The translations under genes and the position numbers were made by a program. From contig CAWIIQ010000001.1 in assembly GCA_963836185.1 (NCBI GenBank), positions 1,376,001 to 1,440,000 of the forward strand: DNA of 64,000 nucleotides, written 5' to 3'. The DNA comes from Candidatus Krumholzibacteriia bacterium. GTDB taxonomy: Bacteria; Krumholzibacteriota; Krumholzibacteriia; Krumholzibacteriales; Krumholzibacteriaceae. How positions within the stretch are numbered: position 1 is the stretch's first letter; each line of letters starts with the position of its first letter. Shown here in pieces: positions 1 through 10,149 of the stretch. The notes under the pieces are model-generated. The model worked only from the letters and a program-made list of their open reading frames with translations, did no database searches and was not told where the DNA came from.

Positions 1-331
1 CGAACAGATGCTCGATGACGCCGAGATCGGCATTTTCGCCTATGGCTCTGTCGCCAGGACGGCGCAGGCGGCAGTGCGCTTGTGCCGGGAAGAAGGGATA
101 AAGGCAGGGCTCCTCGAGCCGACCGTCCTGTGGCCCTTCCCCGAGAAGGCAGTGATGAAGATGGCGCAGCAGGTCAAGTCGATCGTCGTCGCCGAGCTCA
201 ACATGGGGCAGATGGCGAGAGAGGTCATGCTCGCCTGCCGGTGCAGCGTTCCTGTACACAAGCTCGGAAGGGTGGACGGACAGCCAATTCCGCCTCAGCA
301 GCTTGTAGAGAAGATCAGGGAGGTGGTCTAG
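1..331 (+). CDS. 2-oxoacid:ferredoxin oxidoreductase alpha subunit (C-terminal part, truncated by window start)
   Basis: YGSVAR, LWPFP, VAELNMGQM motifs; directly followed by beta and gamma subunits. Confidence 0.9.
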   Translation, partial: EQMLDDAEIGIFAYGSVARTAQAAVRLCREEGIKAGLLEPTVLWPFPEKAVMKMAQQVKSIVVAELNMGQMAREVMLACRCSVPVHKLGRVDGQPIPPQQLVEKIREVV

Positions 332-1147
332 ATGTTCGATTACCTCCAATATATAAGAGAGTGGAACTTCCCCCATATCTGGTGCGCCGGATGCGGGCAC
401 GGAATAGTCCTCAAGTCGCTTCTGCGCACGATCGAAAAGCAGGGTATTTCCCAGGACGATACCGTCATGGTATCCGGTATCGGCTGCTCGAGCCGTACAC
501 CGGGATATGTCGATATCAATACACTTCACACGACGCACGGGCGGGCGCTCGCCTTTGCGACCGGTGTGAAGATGGCCAATCCGGACCTCAAGGTGATCGT
601 CATCACCGGCGACGGCGATGCTACAGCCATCGGCGGGAACCACTTCATCCACGCGGCGAGGCGCAATATCGACCTTACCGTTCTTCTCTATAACAACTAC
701 ATCTACGGGATGACAGGCGGGCAGTGCTCTCCGACGACTCCCAAGGGAGCGAAGGCGTCGACGGCGCAGTACGGAAACCTCGAGCCGACATTCAATATCA
801 GCGGCCTGGCCAAAGCAGCGGGCGCTGCGTTCGTCGCCAGGGGCGACGTTTACAATGTCAGGAGGCTCGATGGCCTTATCGAGAAGGCGATGGACAAGAA
901 GGGCTTTTCTCTTGTCGAGGTCGTCTCTCCCTGTCCGACCGCTTTCGGGCGCAGGAACAAGATGGCCAGCCCCGTCAAACTGATGGAGCAGCTCCGCGAC
1001 AGTGTTGTCACTGTCGAGAAGTGGGAGAAGATGACCGACGAGGAGCGAGTGGGCCATTTCAGGACGGGCATCCTGCAGGATATCGAGAAGCCGGAGTACA
1101 CCGAGGTATACGCAGAGTTCATTGCGAAGCTGAAGGCGGATAAATAA
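332..1147 (+). CDS. 2-oxoacid:ferredoxin oxidoreductase beta subunit (TPP-binding)
   Basis: WCAGCG, SGIGCS, HGRA, GDGD...NN, YGMTGGQ motifs. Confidence 0.95.
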   Translation: MFDYLQYIREWNFPHIWCAGCGHGIVLKSLLRTIEKQGISQDDTVMVSGIGCSSRTPGYVDINTLHTTHGRALAFATGVKMANPDLKVIVITGDGDATAIGGNHFIHAARRNIDLTVLLYNNYIYGMTGGQCSPTTPKGAKASTAQYGNLEPTFNISGLAKAAGAAFVARGDVYNVRRLDGLIEKAMDKKGFSLVEVVSPCPTAFGRRNKMASPVKLMEQLRDSVVTVEKWEKMTDEERVGHFRTGILQDIEKPEYTEVYAEFIAKLKADK

Positions 1148-1695
1148 TGGATAGATACGATGTGAGGCTCGGTGGTTCGGGTGGTCAGGGACTTATCCTC
1201 GCCGGCAAGATACTCGCCGAGGCCGCCGCCATATATGACGGACATAACGCAGTCCAGACGCAGAGCTACGGCCCCGAGGCGAGGGGAGGATCAAGCAAGG
1301 CGGAGGTAGTCATCAAGGACGGGGAGATAGATTATCCCAAGGCGATGGACCTCGACCTGCTTCTATCCCTGACTCAGGAGTCGTGTACCAAGTTCAGCAA
1401 GGACCTCAAGGACGACGGCATCCTGATCATCGACAGTGAGATGGTCACGGAGCCGCCGGAGGGAAGCTTCAGGATATTTGCCGCGCCTATCACCAGCATA
1501 GCGGCGAAAAAGGTCGGCAAGGTCGTAGTGACGAATATCGTAGCTCTCGGTATCCTCACCAGGCTCTCCGGTATAGTCACCGAGGAATCGATGAGAAAAG
1601 CGATACTTGCCCGCGTTCCGAAAGGAACGGAAGAGGTCAACATGAAGGCCTTCGATGAGGGCTGGAAGGCCGCCGAAGAACTGCTCGCTGAATAA
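1147..1695 (+). CDS. 2-oxoacid:ferredoxin oxidoreductase gamma subunit
   Basis: GSGGQG and QSYGPEARGG motifs; overlapping stop/start with beta. Confidence 0.95.
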   Translation: MDRYDVRLGGSGGQGLILAGKILAEAAAIYDGHNAVQTQSYGPEARGGSSKAEVVIKDGEIDYPKAMDLDLLLSLTQESCTKFSKDLKDDGILIIDSEMVTEPPEGSFRIFAAPITSIAAKKVGKVVVTNIVALGILTRLSGIVTEESMRKAILARVPKGTEEVNMKAFDEGWKAAEELLAE

Positions 1696-1799
1696 GGACC
1701 CAGGCCGGCCGTTACACCGGCCGGTTTAATATAAAGGACAGGGTAAGGCGCACGCCGTGCGTCATCAAAACACGGGGAAACCCGGGGAGGTTCGGTTCG

Positions 1800-3143
1800 A
1801 TGTCAGAGAAGATGACGAAGGAAGAACTGCTCGCCAAGTCCAAGCAGCCGGGAATCGACGCGATGAAGCTTCATCCGTTCTACAAGGGGAAGATCGCTTC
1901 CATGCCGAAATGCTGTATCAGGAACATCGATGATTTCGCGATATGGTACACGCCCGGCGTGGCCAAGCCGTGCCTCGATATCGCTGAGAATCCCGAGATG
2001 GTCTTCGAGCATACCAACAAGGCGAACTCGATCGCCGTCGTCTCTGACGGAACCCGCGTCCTCGGACTCGGCGACATCGGCCCCGAGGCGGCAATGCCTG
2101 TCATGGAGGGCAAGGCCCTGATCTTCAAGTACCTCGGTGGCGTCGATGCCACTCCCATCTGCCTTGACACTAAGGACCCCGACAAATTCATCGAGACAGT
2201 CAAGCTGCTGCAGCCCTCGTTCGGCGGCTTCAACCTCGAGGACATTTCACAGCCGAAATGCTTCCGTGTTCTCGATACGCTGCGGAAAGAGTGCCACGTA
2301 CCGGTATGGCACGATGACCAGCAGGGCACGGCGGCTGTTACCGTTGCCGGTCTTATCAACGCGGTCAAGATCGTCGACAAGAAGCTCAGCGAGGTAAAGG
2401 TCGCGATGCTCGGTGCGGGCGCCGCGAATATCTGCATCGCCAAGATGATCATCCTCGCCGGTGTCGAGCCGAAGAACATCGTCATGATGGACAGCAAGGG
2501 CATCCTCCACGAGAGCCGCGAGGCCGATCTGAAGGAGGCCTATGAGGAGAAGTGGGAGATGGCCCAGATCACGAACGGCGAGGGTCTCTCTGGCGGGCCG
2601 GAAGTCGCCATCAAGGGCGCCGACGTTCTCATCGCCCTCTCGAAGATCGGGCCGGACACGGTAAAGAAGGAATGGATCGCCTCGATGGCCGACGACTCGA
2701 TCGTGTTCGTCTGCGCCAACCCGATTCCCGAGATCTATCCCTGGGAGGCGAAAGAGGCCGGCGCGAGGATCGTCGCGACTGGCCGGAGCGATTTCCCCAA
2801 CCAGGTCAACAACTCTCTCGGATTCCCCGGTATCTTCCGCGGCACCCTCGACGTGATGGCCAAGACGATCACCGACGAGATGTGCGTTGCCGCAGCGGTC
2901 GAGCTGGCGAAGACAGCCGAGGACAACGGGATGCACGAGAACTACCTCGTTCCGACGATGGACGAGTGGGAAGTCTTCCCGCGCGAGGCCGCTGCGGTAG
3001 GCCGCAAGGCTATCGAGCAGGGTGTGGCGAGGCTTGATTTCACCTACGATGAGCTGTACAAGATGGCGGAGATGAAGATCAAGGCTGCCCGCGAAGCCTT
3101 CGATTCGCTTCAGAACAATGGATTCATCAAGATGCCCGAGTAG
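1800..3143 (+). CDS. NAD(P)-dependent malic enzyme
   Basis: YTPGVA, DGTRVLGLGDIG, NLEDI, HDDQQGTA, GAGAA, ATGRSDFPNQVNN. Confidence 0.95.
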   Translation: MSEKMTKEELLAKSKQPGIDAMKLHPFYKGKIASMPKCCIRNIDDFAIWYTPGVAKPCLDIAENPEMVFEHTNKANSIAVVSDGTRVLGLGDIGPEAAMPVMEGKALIFKYLGGVDATPICLDTKDPDKFIETVKLLQPSFGGFNLEDISQPKCFRVLDTLRKECHVPVWHDDQQGTAAVTVAGLINAVKIVDKKLSEVKVAMLGAGAANICIAKMIILAGVEPKNIVMMDSKGILHESREADLKEAYEEKWEMAQITNGEGLSGGPEVAIKGADVLIALSKIGPDTVKKEWIASMADDSIVFVCANPIPEIYPWEAKEAGARIVATGRSDFPNQVNNSLGFPGIFRGTLDVMAKTITDEMCVAAAVELAKTAEDNGMHENYLVPTMDEWEVFPREAAAVGRKAIEQGVARLDFTYDELYKMAEMKIKAAREAFDSLQNNGFIKMPE

Positions 3144-3248
3144 TGAAACGGGTAAATGGAAAAGCCTTGAACGAACCAGGCGAATAAACGAAATGGAGGC
3201 TGTCCGGCTGTTTAGCCTGGCGGCCTCCATCACAAGAAGGAGGAGAGG

Positions 3249-4361
3249 ATGTACAAGATCGCGTGGCTGCCCGGCGACGGCGTCGGAAACGAGGTCATGG
3301 AAGCAGCAAAGCTGGTGCTCGACGCACTGAAGCTCGACGCCGAGTATATCCCCGGCGATATCGGCTGGGAGTTCTGGAAGAGCGAGGGGAATCCCCTTCC
3401 TGACAGGACGATCGATCTCTGTAACAACACCGATTGCGCCCTATTCGGCGCGATCACTTCGAAGCCGCGCGACGAAGCGCTCGAGGAGCTCGCTCCCGAA
3501 CTGCGCGACAAGGGCTTCGCATACTCGAGCCCGATCGTGGCCCTGAGACAGAAGTTCGATCTGGGCGTAAACCTCAGGCCGTGTAAGGCCTTCCCCGGTA
3601 ACCCGCTGAACTTCAAGGAAGGCATCGACCTTGCCGTGTTCAGGGAGAACACTGAGGGCCTTTACGTAGGCGTCGAGTTCAATCCGGTCGAGGATGACAT
3701 GAAGGCGTTCCTCGACAGCAAGCACAAGAAATTCCACCGCTTCGTCGATACTCCGGGCGAGGATATGGCGATAAGCATGAGAATCTTTACGCGCAAAGGC
3801 TGCGAGAGGATCGTTCGCGCCGCGTTCGAATACGCGAAGAAGACGAACAGGCCTACGGTCACGATCGTCGAGAAGCCCAACGTGATCAGGGAGACGAGCG
3901 GGATGATGATCCGCGTCGCCCGCGAAGTCGCCAAAGACTTCCCCGGCATCGAGCTGTGGGAGACCAACATCGACGCGATGTGCATGTGGCTCGTAAAGAA
4001 TCCCGGCGACTACAGCGTTCTGGTAGCTTCGAACATGTTCGGTGATATCATCTCCGACCTCGCCGCGCAGCTCGTCGGCGGACTCGGTTTCGCCTCTTCG
4101 GCGAACATCGGCGAAAAGTACGCCGTATTCGAGCCGACTCACGGAAGCGCGCCTAAGTACTACGGACAGTACAAGGTCAACCCGATGGCGATGCTGCTTA
4201 CCACGCGTCTGATGCTCGAGTGGCTCGGCGAGATGGACATGGCGGCAAAGCTCGAGAAGGGTGTTTCGAAGACGATCTCGGATGGGAAGATACGCACATA
4301 CGATATGGGCGGCTCGAACACCACCCTAGAGATCGCAGAGGAAGTCGTAAGGAACATGTAA
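3249..4361 (+). CDS. Isocitrate/homoisocitrate/isopropylmalate dehydrogenase family (beta-decarboxylating)
   Basis: PGDGVG, RENTEGLY, KPNV, NMFGDIISD, FEPTHGSAP, NPMA. Confidence 0.92.
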   Translation: MYKIAWLPGDGVGNEVMEAAKLVLDALKLDAEYIPGDIGWEFWKSEGNPLPDRTIDLCNNTDCALFGAITSKPRDEALEELAPELRDKGFAYSSPIVALRQKFDLGVNLRPCKAFPGNPLNFKEGIDLAVFRENTEGLYVGVEFNPVEDDMKAFLDSKHKKFHRFVDTPGEDMAISMRIFTRKGCERIVRAAFEYAKKTNRPTVTIVEKPNVIRETSGMMIRVAREVAKDFPGIELWETNIDAMCMWLVKNPGDYSVLVASNMFGDIISDLAAQLVGGLGFASSANIGEKYAVFEPTHGSAPKYYGQYKVNPMAMLLTTRLMLEWLGEMDMAAKLEKGVSKTISDGKIRTYDMGGSNTTLEIAEEVVRNM

Positions 4362-4373
4362 CGGTTCAAACAT

Positions 4374-4403
4374 GAGGGCTGGCCCGGCGGGCCGGCCCTC
4401 TTT
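4374..4403 (+). terminator. GC-rich intercistronic hairpin with short T tail
   Basis: GAGGGCTGGCCC...GGGCCGGCCCTC-TTT between dehydrogenase and dehydratase genes. Confidence 0.45.
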
Positions 4404-4422
4404 CCGTTCAACGGGGGATCAG

Positions 4423-6330
4423 ATGGCAGGCAAGACTATTATCGAGAAGATCCTTTCCGCTCATGCGGGTAAGGAAGTTTCGGCCGGCGACGTAGTCTGG
4501 ATCGGGATCGACGTGCGCACGGCGAGGGACTTCGGCGGCGCAAGCGTCGTGAAGAACCTCAAGGAGAATTACGAGTCTCCCTGGATCGACGATCCGGCGA
4601 AGACCTGTTTCACCTTCGACTGTAACGTGCCGGCGAATACGACAGGGTACGCCGAGAACCAGCAGATATGCAGGGATTTCGCGAAGGAGACAGGCATCAG
4701 GGTTTACGACGTGAGAGCCGGTATCGGTTCGCATGTCGCGATGGAGCGCGGGTTGGCCAGGCCCGGCGAGATATTCGTCGGGACCGACAGCCACCTCAAC
4801 ATCATGGGAGCCGTCGGATGTTTCGGGCAGGGGATGGGCGACCGCGACATAGCTTACGTCTGGGGGTCCGGACGCAACTGGTTCGAAGTGCCCTCGTCTA
4901 TGAGAGTAGTCCTGGAAGGCTCGGTCGAGTATCCCGTCACGGCGAAAGATATTGCACTTGCCGTTATCAGCGAACTCGGTTCCGCCGGGGCACTCGGCAA
5001 GGTCATAGAGTTCTCAGGATCGGGTGCCGATTCTCTGAGTCTGTCAGGGCGTATAACGATTGCCAGCATGGCTACCGAGATGGGTGCTATTGCCGCCTTC
5101 CTTCCAGTCAGTGACGGGGTGGCGTCGTATATCGAAAAACGGTCAGGGGGAGGAAAGGTCGAGACAGTCACCGCCGATGTTGACGCCTCGTACGATTCCT
5201 CGATCACTATCGACCTCAACGGCCTCGAGCCTCTCGCTGCCTGTCCTTCCAGCCCATCGAACGTAAAAAAGATAAGCGAGGTTGCCGGTACGAAGATCGA
5301 CACCGCGATCATCGCCTCATGCACGAACGGCCGTTTCGAGGACATGGTACATGCCGCATCGATACTGAAGGGTAAGAGGATCAAGGACGGCACGAGCCTC
5401 AAGGTCGTCCCGGCGACAGAAGAGGTCTACGAAAGGATGCTCGAGGAAGGGATACTGAAGATATTCATTGCCGCCGGCGCACTGGTGACCAACCCGGGAT
5501 GCGGCGGTTGCGCTTCGGGACAGCTCGGAATGGTCGGCAAGGGCGAGATCCAGCTGAGCACCTCGAACAGAAACTTCGCCGGCAAGCAAGGGAAGGGCGA
5601 GACATACCTTGTCAGTCCAGCAGTCGCCGCGGCGTCGATCATCGCCGGTGAGATCACCTCTCCGGTCGGAATGGATATCGAACTGATCGATTTCGTTCCC
5701 GACGAGGAGTTCGACGGAGAACCAGCCCTGGAGGCTATCTCCTGGCTTGGCGAGGGAAAGGCATCTGGCAGGCCTGTACCGAAGTCCCACGCGGGCGAGA
5801 CCGTCGACTGTCCGAAGGTCCTGAAAGGCAGGGCGAGGATCATCACCGAACCTGACGGACGCCTGATGGACGACATCGACACCGACATGATCTTCCATAA
5901 CAAGTACCTCGCGATCACCGAGATCGCGAAGATGGGCAAGCATACATTCGAGACGCTCGACGGGTACGAGGAATTCGCGGCGAGCGTTGAGCCGGGCGAT
6001 ATCATCATCGCAGGCGGCAACTTCGGCTGCGGTTCATCGCGCCAGGCTGCCGTTGACTGTTTTATCCCTCTCGGTGTAAAACTCGTTATCACCGCTTCGA
6101 CCGGGGCGATATACAAGCGCAACATCATCAATTCGGGATTCCCCTTCCTCGAGGTTTCCGCTCTTCACGAGGCGGGAATAGAGGAGGGTATGGAGATCGA
6201 GATCGATTTCGAGAAGGGAACGATCACCCTGCCCGGCGGTAAGGTCATCGAAGCTGACAAACCTACCTCTGTTCAGCTCGATATCTGTCGTGCCGGCGGG
6301 CTTTTCGCCTATACGGGAGAGGAGGATTGA
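4423..6330 (+). CDS. Fused LeuC-LeuD-type [4Fe-4S] aconitase-family dehydratase
   Basis: Start MAGKTIIEKIL at 4423; GTDSH, SCTNGR, CGGC ligands; C-terminal swivel domain DIDTD...GGNFGCGSSR. Confidence 0.9.
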   Translation: MAGKTIIEKILSAHAGKEVSAGDVVWIGIDVRTARDFGGASVVKNLKENYESPWIDDPAKTCFTFDCNVPANTTGYAENQQICRDFAKETGIRVYDVRAGIGSHVAMERGLARPGEIFVGTDSHLNIMGAVGCFGQGMGDRDIAYVWGSGRNWFEVPSSMRVVLEGSVEYPVTAKDIALAVISELGSAGALGKVIEFSGSGADSLSLSGRITIASMATEMGAIAAFLPVSDGVASYIEKRSGGGKVETVTADVDASYDSSITIDLNGLEPLAACPSSPSNVKKISEVAGTKIDTAIIASCTNGRFEDMVHAASILKGKRIKDGTSLKVVPATEEVYERMLEEGILKIFIAAGALVTNPGCGGCASGQLGMVGKGEIQLSTSNRNFAGKQGKGETYLVSPAVAAASIIAGEITSPVGMDIELIDFVPDEEFDGEPALEAISWLGEGKASGRPVPKSHAGETVDCPKVLKGRARIITEPDGRLMDDIDTDMIFHNKYLAITEIAKMGKHTFETLDGYEEFAASVEPGDIIIAGGNFGCGSSRQAAVDCFIPLGVKLVITASTGAIYKRNIINSGFPFLEVSALHEAGIEEGMEIEIDFEKGTITLPGGKVIEADKPTSVQLDICRAGGLFAYTGEED

Positions 6331-6331
6331 T

Positions 6332-7585
6332 ATGGGCGCTAACATGATCGAGAAGATCCTGGCGAGAGCTTCGGGGAACGTCGATGTCCATGTCGGGGAT
6401 ATCGTCTTCGCGAAACCTCACATGATACTCTCTCATGACAATTCGGCGGCGATCCTGAAGATCTTCGAGGGCCTCGGCGGGAAGAAGGTCTGGGACCCGG
6501 GCCGTGTCTTTATCGCCCTGGACCACGCCGTTCCACCCCCCGATCACAAGAAGGCGAACAATCACAAGATGATCCGTGAGTTCGTCGAGAAGAACGGCAT
6601 CACAAACTTTTTTGACTGCGGCTGTGGTATCTGCCACCAAGTCCTTCCCGAGGAGGGACTCGTAGAACCCGGAACGGTCATCTTCGGATCAGATTCGCAC
6701 ACAACGACGCACGGCGCGCTCGGGGCGGCCGGTATCCCGATCGGCAGGACCGAGACGGCAAGCGTCTGGGCACTCGGTGAGACATGGCTAAAGGTGCCGC
6801 CGACGATAAAATTCGTGCTGAATGGTGAGCTGCGCGAGGGAGTCGTGGCGAAAGACATAGTGCTCTATCTCATAGGGCAGATAACAGCTGACGGTGCGAC
6901 ATACAAAGCGGTCGAGTTCCACGGCCCCGTCGTCGAAAAGATGAGTATGGGCGGGAGGCTTACTCTCTGCAACATGGCGGCCGAGATGGGCGCCAAGGCG
7001 GGAATGGTACCTTTCGACGATGTCACGGCCGAGTTTCTCAAGGGAAGGCTGAGCGGTGATTTCGAGACGGGTAATCCCGACGATGACGCCGAATACGAAT
7101 CGATCCTCGCGATAGACTGCTCGATGATAGGCCCGCAGGTGGCGAGGCCCCACAAGGTCGACAATGTCGTCGCGGCGGCCGACCTCGAAGAGACGAAGAT
7201 CGATGTCGCGCTCCTCGGGACATGCACCAACGGAAGGCTCGAGGACCTGCACCAGGCTGCGGAGATCCTGAAAGGCAGGAAGATCGCTCCCGGGGTGAGG
7301 CTTCTGGTCTATCCCGCCTCGCGAGGTATCCTCGACGAGGCTAACCGTGACGGGACATCATCGATCCTGCTTGAAGCGGGAGCCCAGGTAGCGGTGCCGG
7401 CATGTGGCCCCTGTCTTGGAGCATACGGCGGAGTCCTTGCCCCCGGCGAGAACTGCGTCTCCACGGCTAACAGGAACTTCAAGGGACGGATGGGATGCAA
7501 GGAAGACACGGGAATCTACCTCGCCAGCCCGGCGACAGTAGCACTTTCCGCAATAGAAGGCAGGATAGTATCCCCGTACGTCTGA
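6332..7585 (+). CDS. 3-isopropylmalate dehydratase/homoaconitase large subunit
   Basis: Start MGANMIEKIL after AGGAGG; SHDN, LDH, GICHQ, GSDSHT, GTCTNGR, CGPC, STANRNF. Confidence 0.92.
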   Translation: MGANMIEKILARASGNVDVHVGDIVFAKPHMILSHDNSAAILKIFEGLGGKKVWDPGRVFIALDHAVPPPDHKKANNHKMIREFVEKNGITNFFDCGCGICHQVLPEEGLVEPGTVIFGSDSHTTTHGALGAAGIPIGRTETASVWALGETWLKVPPTIKFVLNGELREGVVAKDIVLYLIGQITADGATYKAVEFHGPVVEKMSMGGRLTLCNMAAEMGAKAGMVPFDDVTAEFLKGRLSGDFETGNPDDDAEYESILAIDCSMIGPQVARPHKVDNVVAAADLEETKIDVALLGTCTNGRLEDLHQAAEILKGRKIAPGVRLLVYPASRGILDEANRDGTSSILLEAGAQVAVPACGPCLGAYGGVLAPGENCVSTANRNFKGRMGCKEDTGIYLASPATVALSAIEGRIVSPYV

Positions 7586-7604
7586 CGGGAGGGAGGATAC
7601 CGAG

Positions 7605-8114
7605 ATGGAGATAAAAGGAAGAGTCTGGATCCTCGATGATGACGACATAAACACCGACGTCATCTATCCCGGCAAGTACACCTACGAGCTCTTCTCCAAC
7701 GAGGAGATGGCAAGTCACGCCATGGAGGATTTCGACCCCGAATTCGCCTCTAAAGTAGGTGAAGGTGACGTCATAATTGCCGGTAAAAACTTCGGTTGCG
7801 GCTCGTCACGCGAGCAGGCAGTGACCTGCCTGAAGTACTCCGGAGTAGGGGCGATAGTGGCAGCGTCGTACGCGAGGATCTACTACCGCAACGCGATCAA
7901 CCAGGCCCTCTACGCGATCGAATGCCCTGAGGCCTCGGACTACGCGAGAGCTCACAAGGACGAGCTTTCGGGGAGCGAGATCACACTCGATCCCGCTGAA
8001 GGCACGATGACGCTCGGCGGACAGGAGTTCAGCTTCTCGCCGATGTCTGGGAAGGCAAGGGAGATCTTCGACGCGGGCGGACTGGCCGAGTATACGAAGA
8101 AGAAGCTCGGTTAG
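7605..8114 (+). CDS. 3-isopropylmalate dehydratase/homoaconitase small subunit
   Basis: DINTDVIYPGKY, GKNFGCGSSREQA, ARIYYRNAIN. Confidence 0.92.
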   Translation: MEIKGRVWILDDDDINTDVIYPGKYTYELFSNEEMASHAMEDFDPEFASKVGEGDVIIAGKNFGCGSSREQAVTCLKYSGVGAIVAASYARIYYRNAINQALYAIECPEASDYARAHKDELSGSEITLDPAEGTMTLGGQEFSFSPMSGKAREIFDAGGLAEYTKKKLG

Positions 8115-8153
8115 GACCTGGAAAGCTGAGAATCAACGGGGCCGGCGGGGGAT

Positions 8154-10130
8154 TTACTCCTGCCGGCCTTTTACGTCGGAGGCGCACCTGAAGCCGACTG
8201 CGATATCGACCCAGGAGTACTTGACCGCGTTTCTCGTATAGACGTTGCAGCACATCCTGCCCGAGTGCCATCCGCCTCCTCTTATCACGGCGATATACCC
8301 CTTCTCCGGGCCTGTCGGATTCTTGTACGGGCTTGTTTTGTAGAAGTCGGGGTGGAAGTAATCGTTCACCCACTCGACTACATTCCCTGACATATCATAC
8401 AGACCGTATCCGTTAGGCGGATAGCATCCGACCGGAACGGTGCCGATGAAGTTCGGGCCGACGCGGTAGTTCCCGTCGGTCGGCAGAAGCTCATCACCAG
8501 TGGGGAACTTGACGCCAATCAGGCCGCCTCTCGCGGCCAGCTCCCACTCTGCCTCTGTCGGGATGCGTTTACCTGCCCACTTGGCGTAAAGGCGCGCCTG
8601 GGAGAGGCTCACTCCTACGACAGGATAGTCGGGCCAGTCGGGGCCGCAGTGGTACTCGTCCATCCCCCAGAACTCGGGCCAGTTCTTTCCAGTCTCCTCA
8701 CAGAACCGCTGGTACTGCGCATTGGTGACCTCGTACCTGTCGATATAGAATGAATCGACGAAGACCTTGTGAGCCGGATCGTACAGTCCGTTTTCCTCAC
8801 CGCCCATGATGAATTCCGATGCGGGGACAAGCACCATATCCATCAGGGCCAGGGTTCCAGGGGGGATCGCCAGCGCTGTATCGAGCGGCGCGTCATACCC
8901 CGTAGTATGGTCTTTCCAGGTCTCCCGTATATGGATATCGAGAGGGAGCCAGGGCGAATCGGCAAGCCTGGCAACGGTGCGGTGAAAAGCTGTCGAGCAG
9001 TTGACCCTGACGCCCGAGTTCGGAAGCCTGAATGTCACTATGGATGAGCTGAGGTTTGGCGCCCCGCGCGGGAGCTCCCCGGCAAGTGTCACGCTGTCTT
9101 CCTCGCCGAGCCTCGCCGCTATCTCGACAGCGGCGCAGCATGTCTCGCGGTCCACGAGTACTACGATGTCCCTTACCGGCTGAGCGGATTTCCATTCGAG
9201 CGCACCTTCTACGAACGAATCGACGAGCGTCCCGCTTCTGCTTGTAGAACCGCGCAGGTCCAGGATCATCCTCGAAATACCTGCGTTCTCGAGTTCGGCA
9301 AGGCTCTCGGCGATGATCTCTTCTGTGTCCGGCGCGCCGTCATCGGGCCCGAAATATCTCAGTACAGCTGCAGGATTGTCGCCCTCGGCAATATCGATCA
9401 CAACAGCCTGGGTAGTTCCGACCGGGCGCAGCATCGCCTTGCCCTGAAGTGAGGTCGTGGTCCAGCCAGTATTATTGAAGGAGCTTGGAGGGATGGTCGC
9501 GAGGCTGACCTCGATCTCGATGCCGTCGTCACCGGTGAAGCACCGCGTCGACAGTGAATCTGTCGACTGCGAATCCAAGTACGTCAAGCACTTCTCCGTA
9601 CGATATCCATTCCGGGACCGAGACGAGCCATTCGGCATAGTTGTCGCGCGATATGAGGGGGCGGACGGCGGACACTGCTTTGGAGACAGGCTTTCCGCCG
9701 ATCGAGGTGAGTGTCTTCCCTGCTGCATTCTCGTATCCCGGCGCGGCGGAGACGACCCTCAGTTCACTGCCGAAATATCTCAGCTCGACAGGCAGGCGCG
9801 TGAAATGAGTATCGAGCCATTCACGTTCGATCGCTGTCGATCCGTCGCCGATCATCGCGAGAACGCGGCTCAGTTCGACCAGTATCCTTCTCGTTCTCCC
9901 AGTGGCCCGAGGCTGTCGACGAGTGCTGCCCTGGCATCACTCAGTTTATCTTCGGTGGTATTGCGGTAGAGGCCGGGATGTTCCCGGTCAAGGCGGGTGA
10001 ACAGGTCGTTGATGTCGGACTGCCAGAGTCCCGGCACCATGTGCTGTTTTCCCTCGCGGTCACCGCTGCTGCATCCGGCGGCTGCGAGAAAGAGAAAGAG
10101 GACGAACAGGGTCGTGCAAAACGATCTCAT
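8154..10130 (-). CDS. Lipoprotein with degenerate S41-peptidase-like region and C-terminal FGE/SUMF1-family domain; split by two frameshifts (~9890, ~9540)
   Basis: Lipobox LAAAGC; HPGLY; IGDGST; ILDLRG; FGE motifs YEVTNAQY, PVVGVS, RIPTEAEWE, NGYGLYDMSGNVVEW, RGGGW, GFRC; ORFs 9870-10130, 9529-9855, 8154-9728 read as one protein. Confidence 0.75.
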
Positions 10131-10149
10131 GATACCCCTCCAGGACGGT

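Noticed and set aside
9529-9872. TGA stops at 9870 and 9529 as further selenocysteine codons
   Set aside because: Homology continues in a different frame (ILVELSRVLAMIGDG; FTGDDGIEI), so these are frameshifts, not read-through
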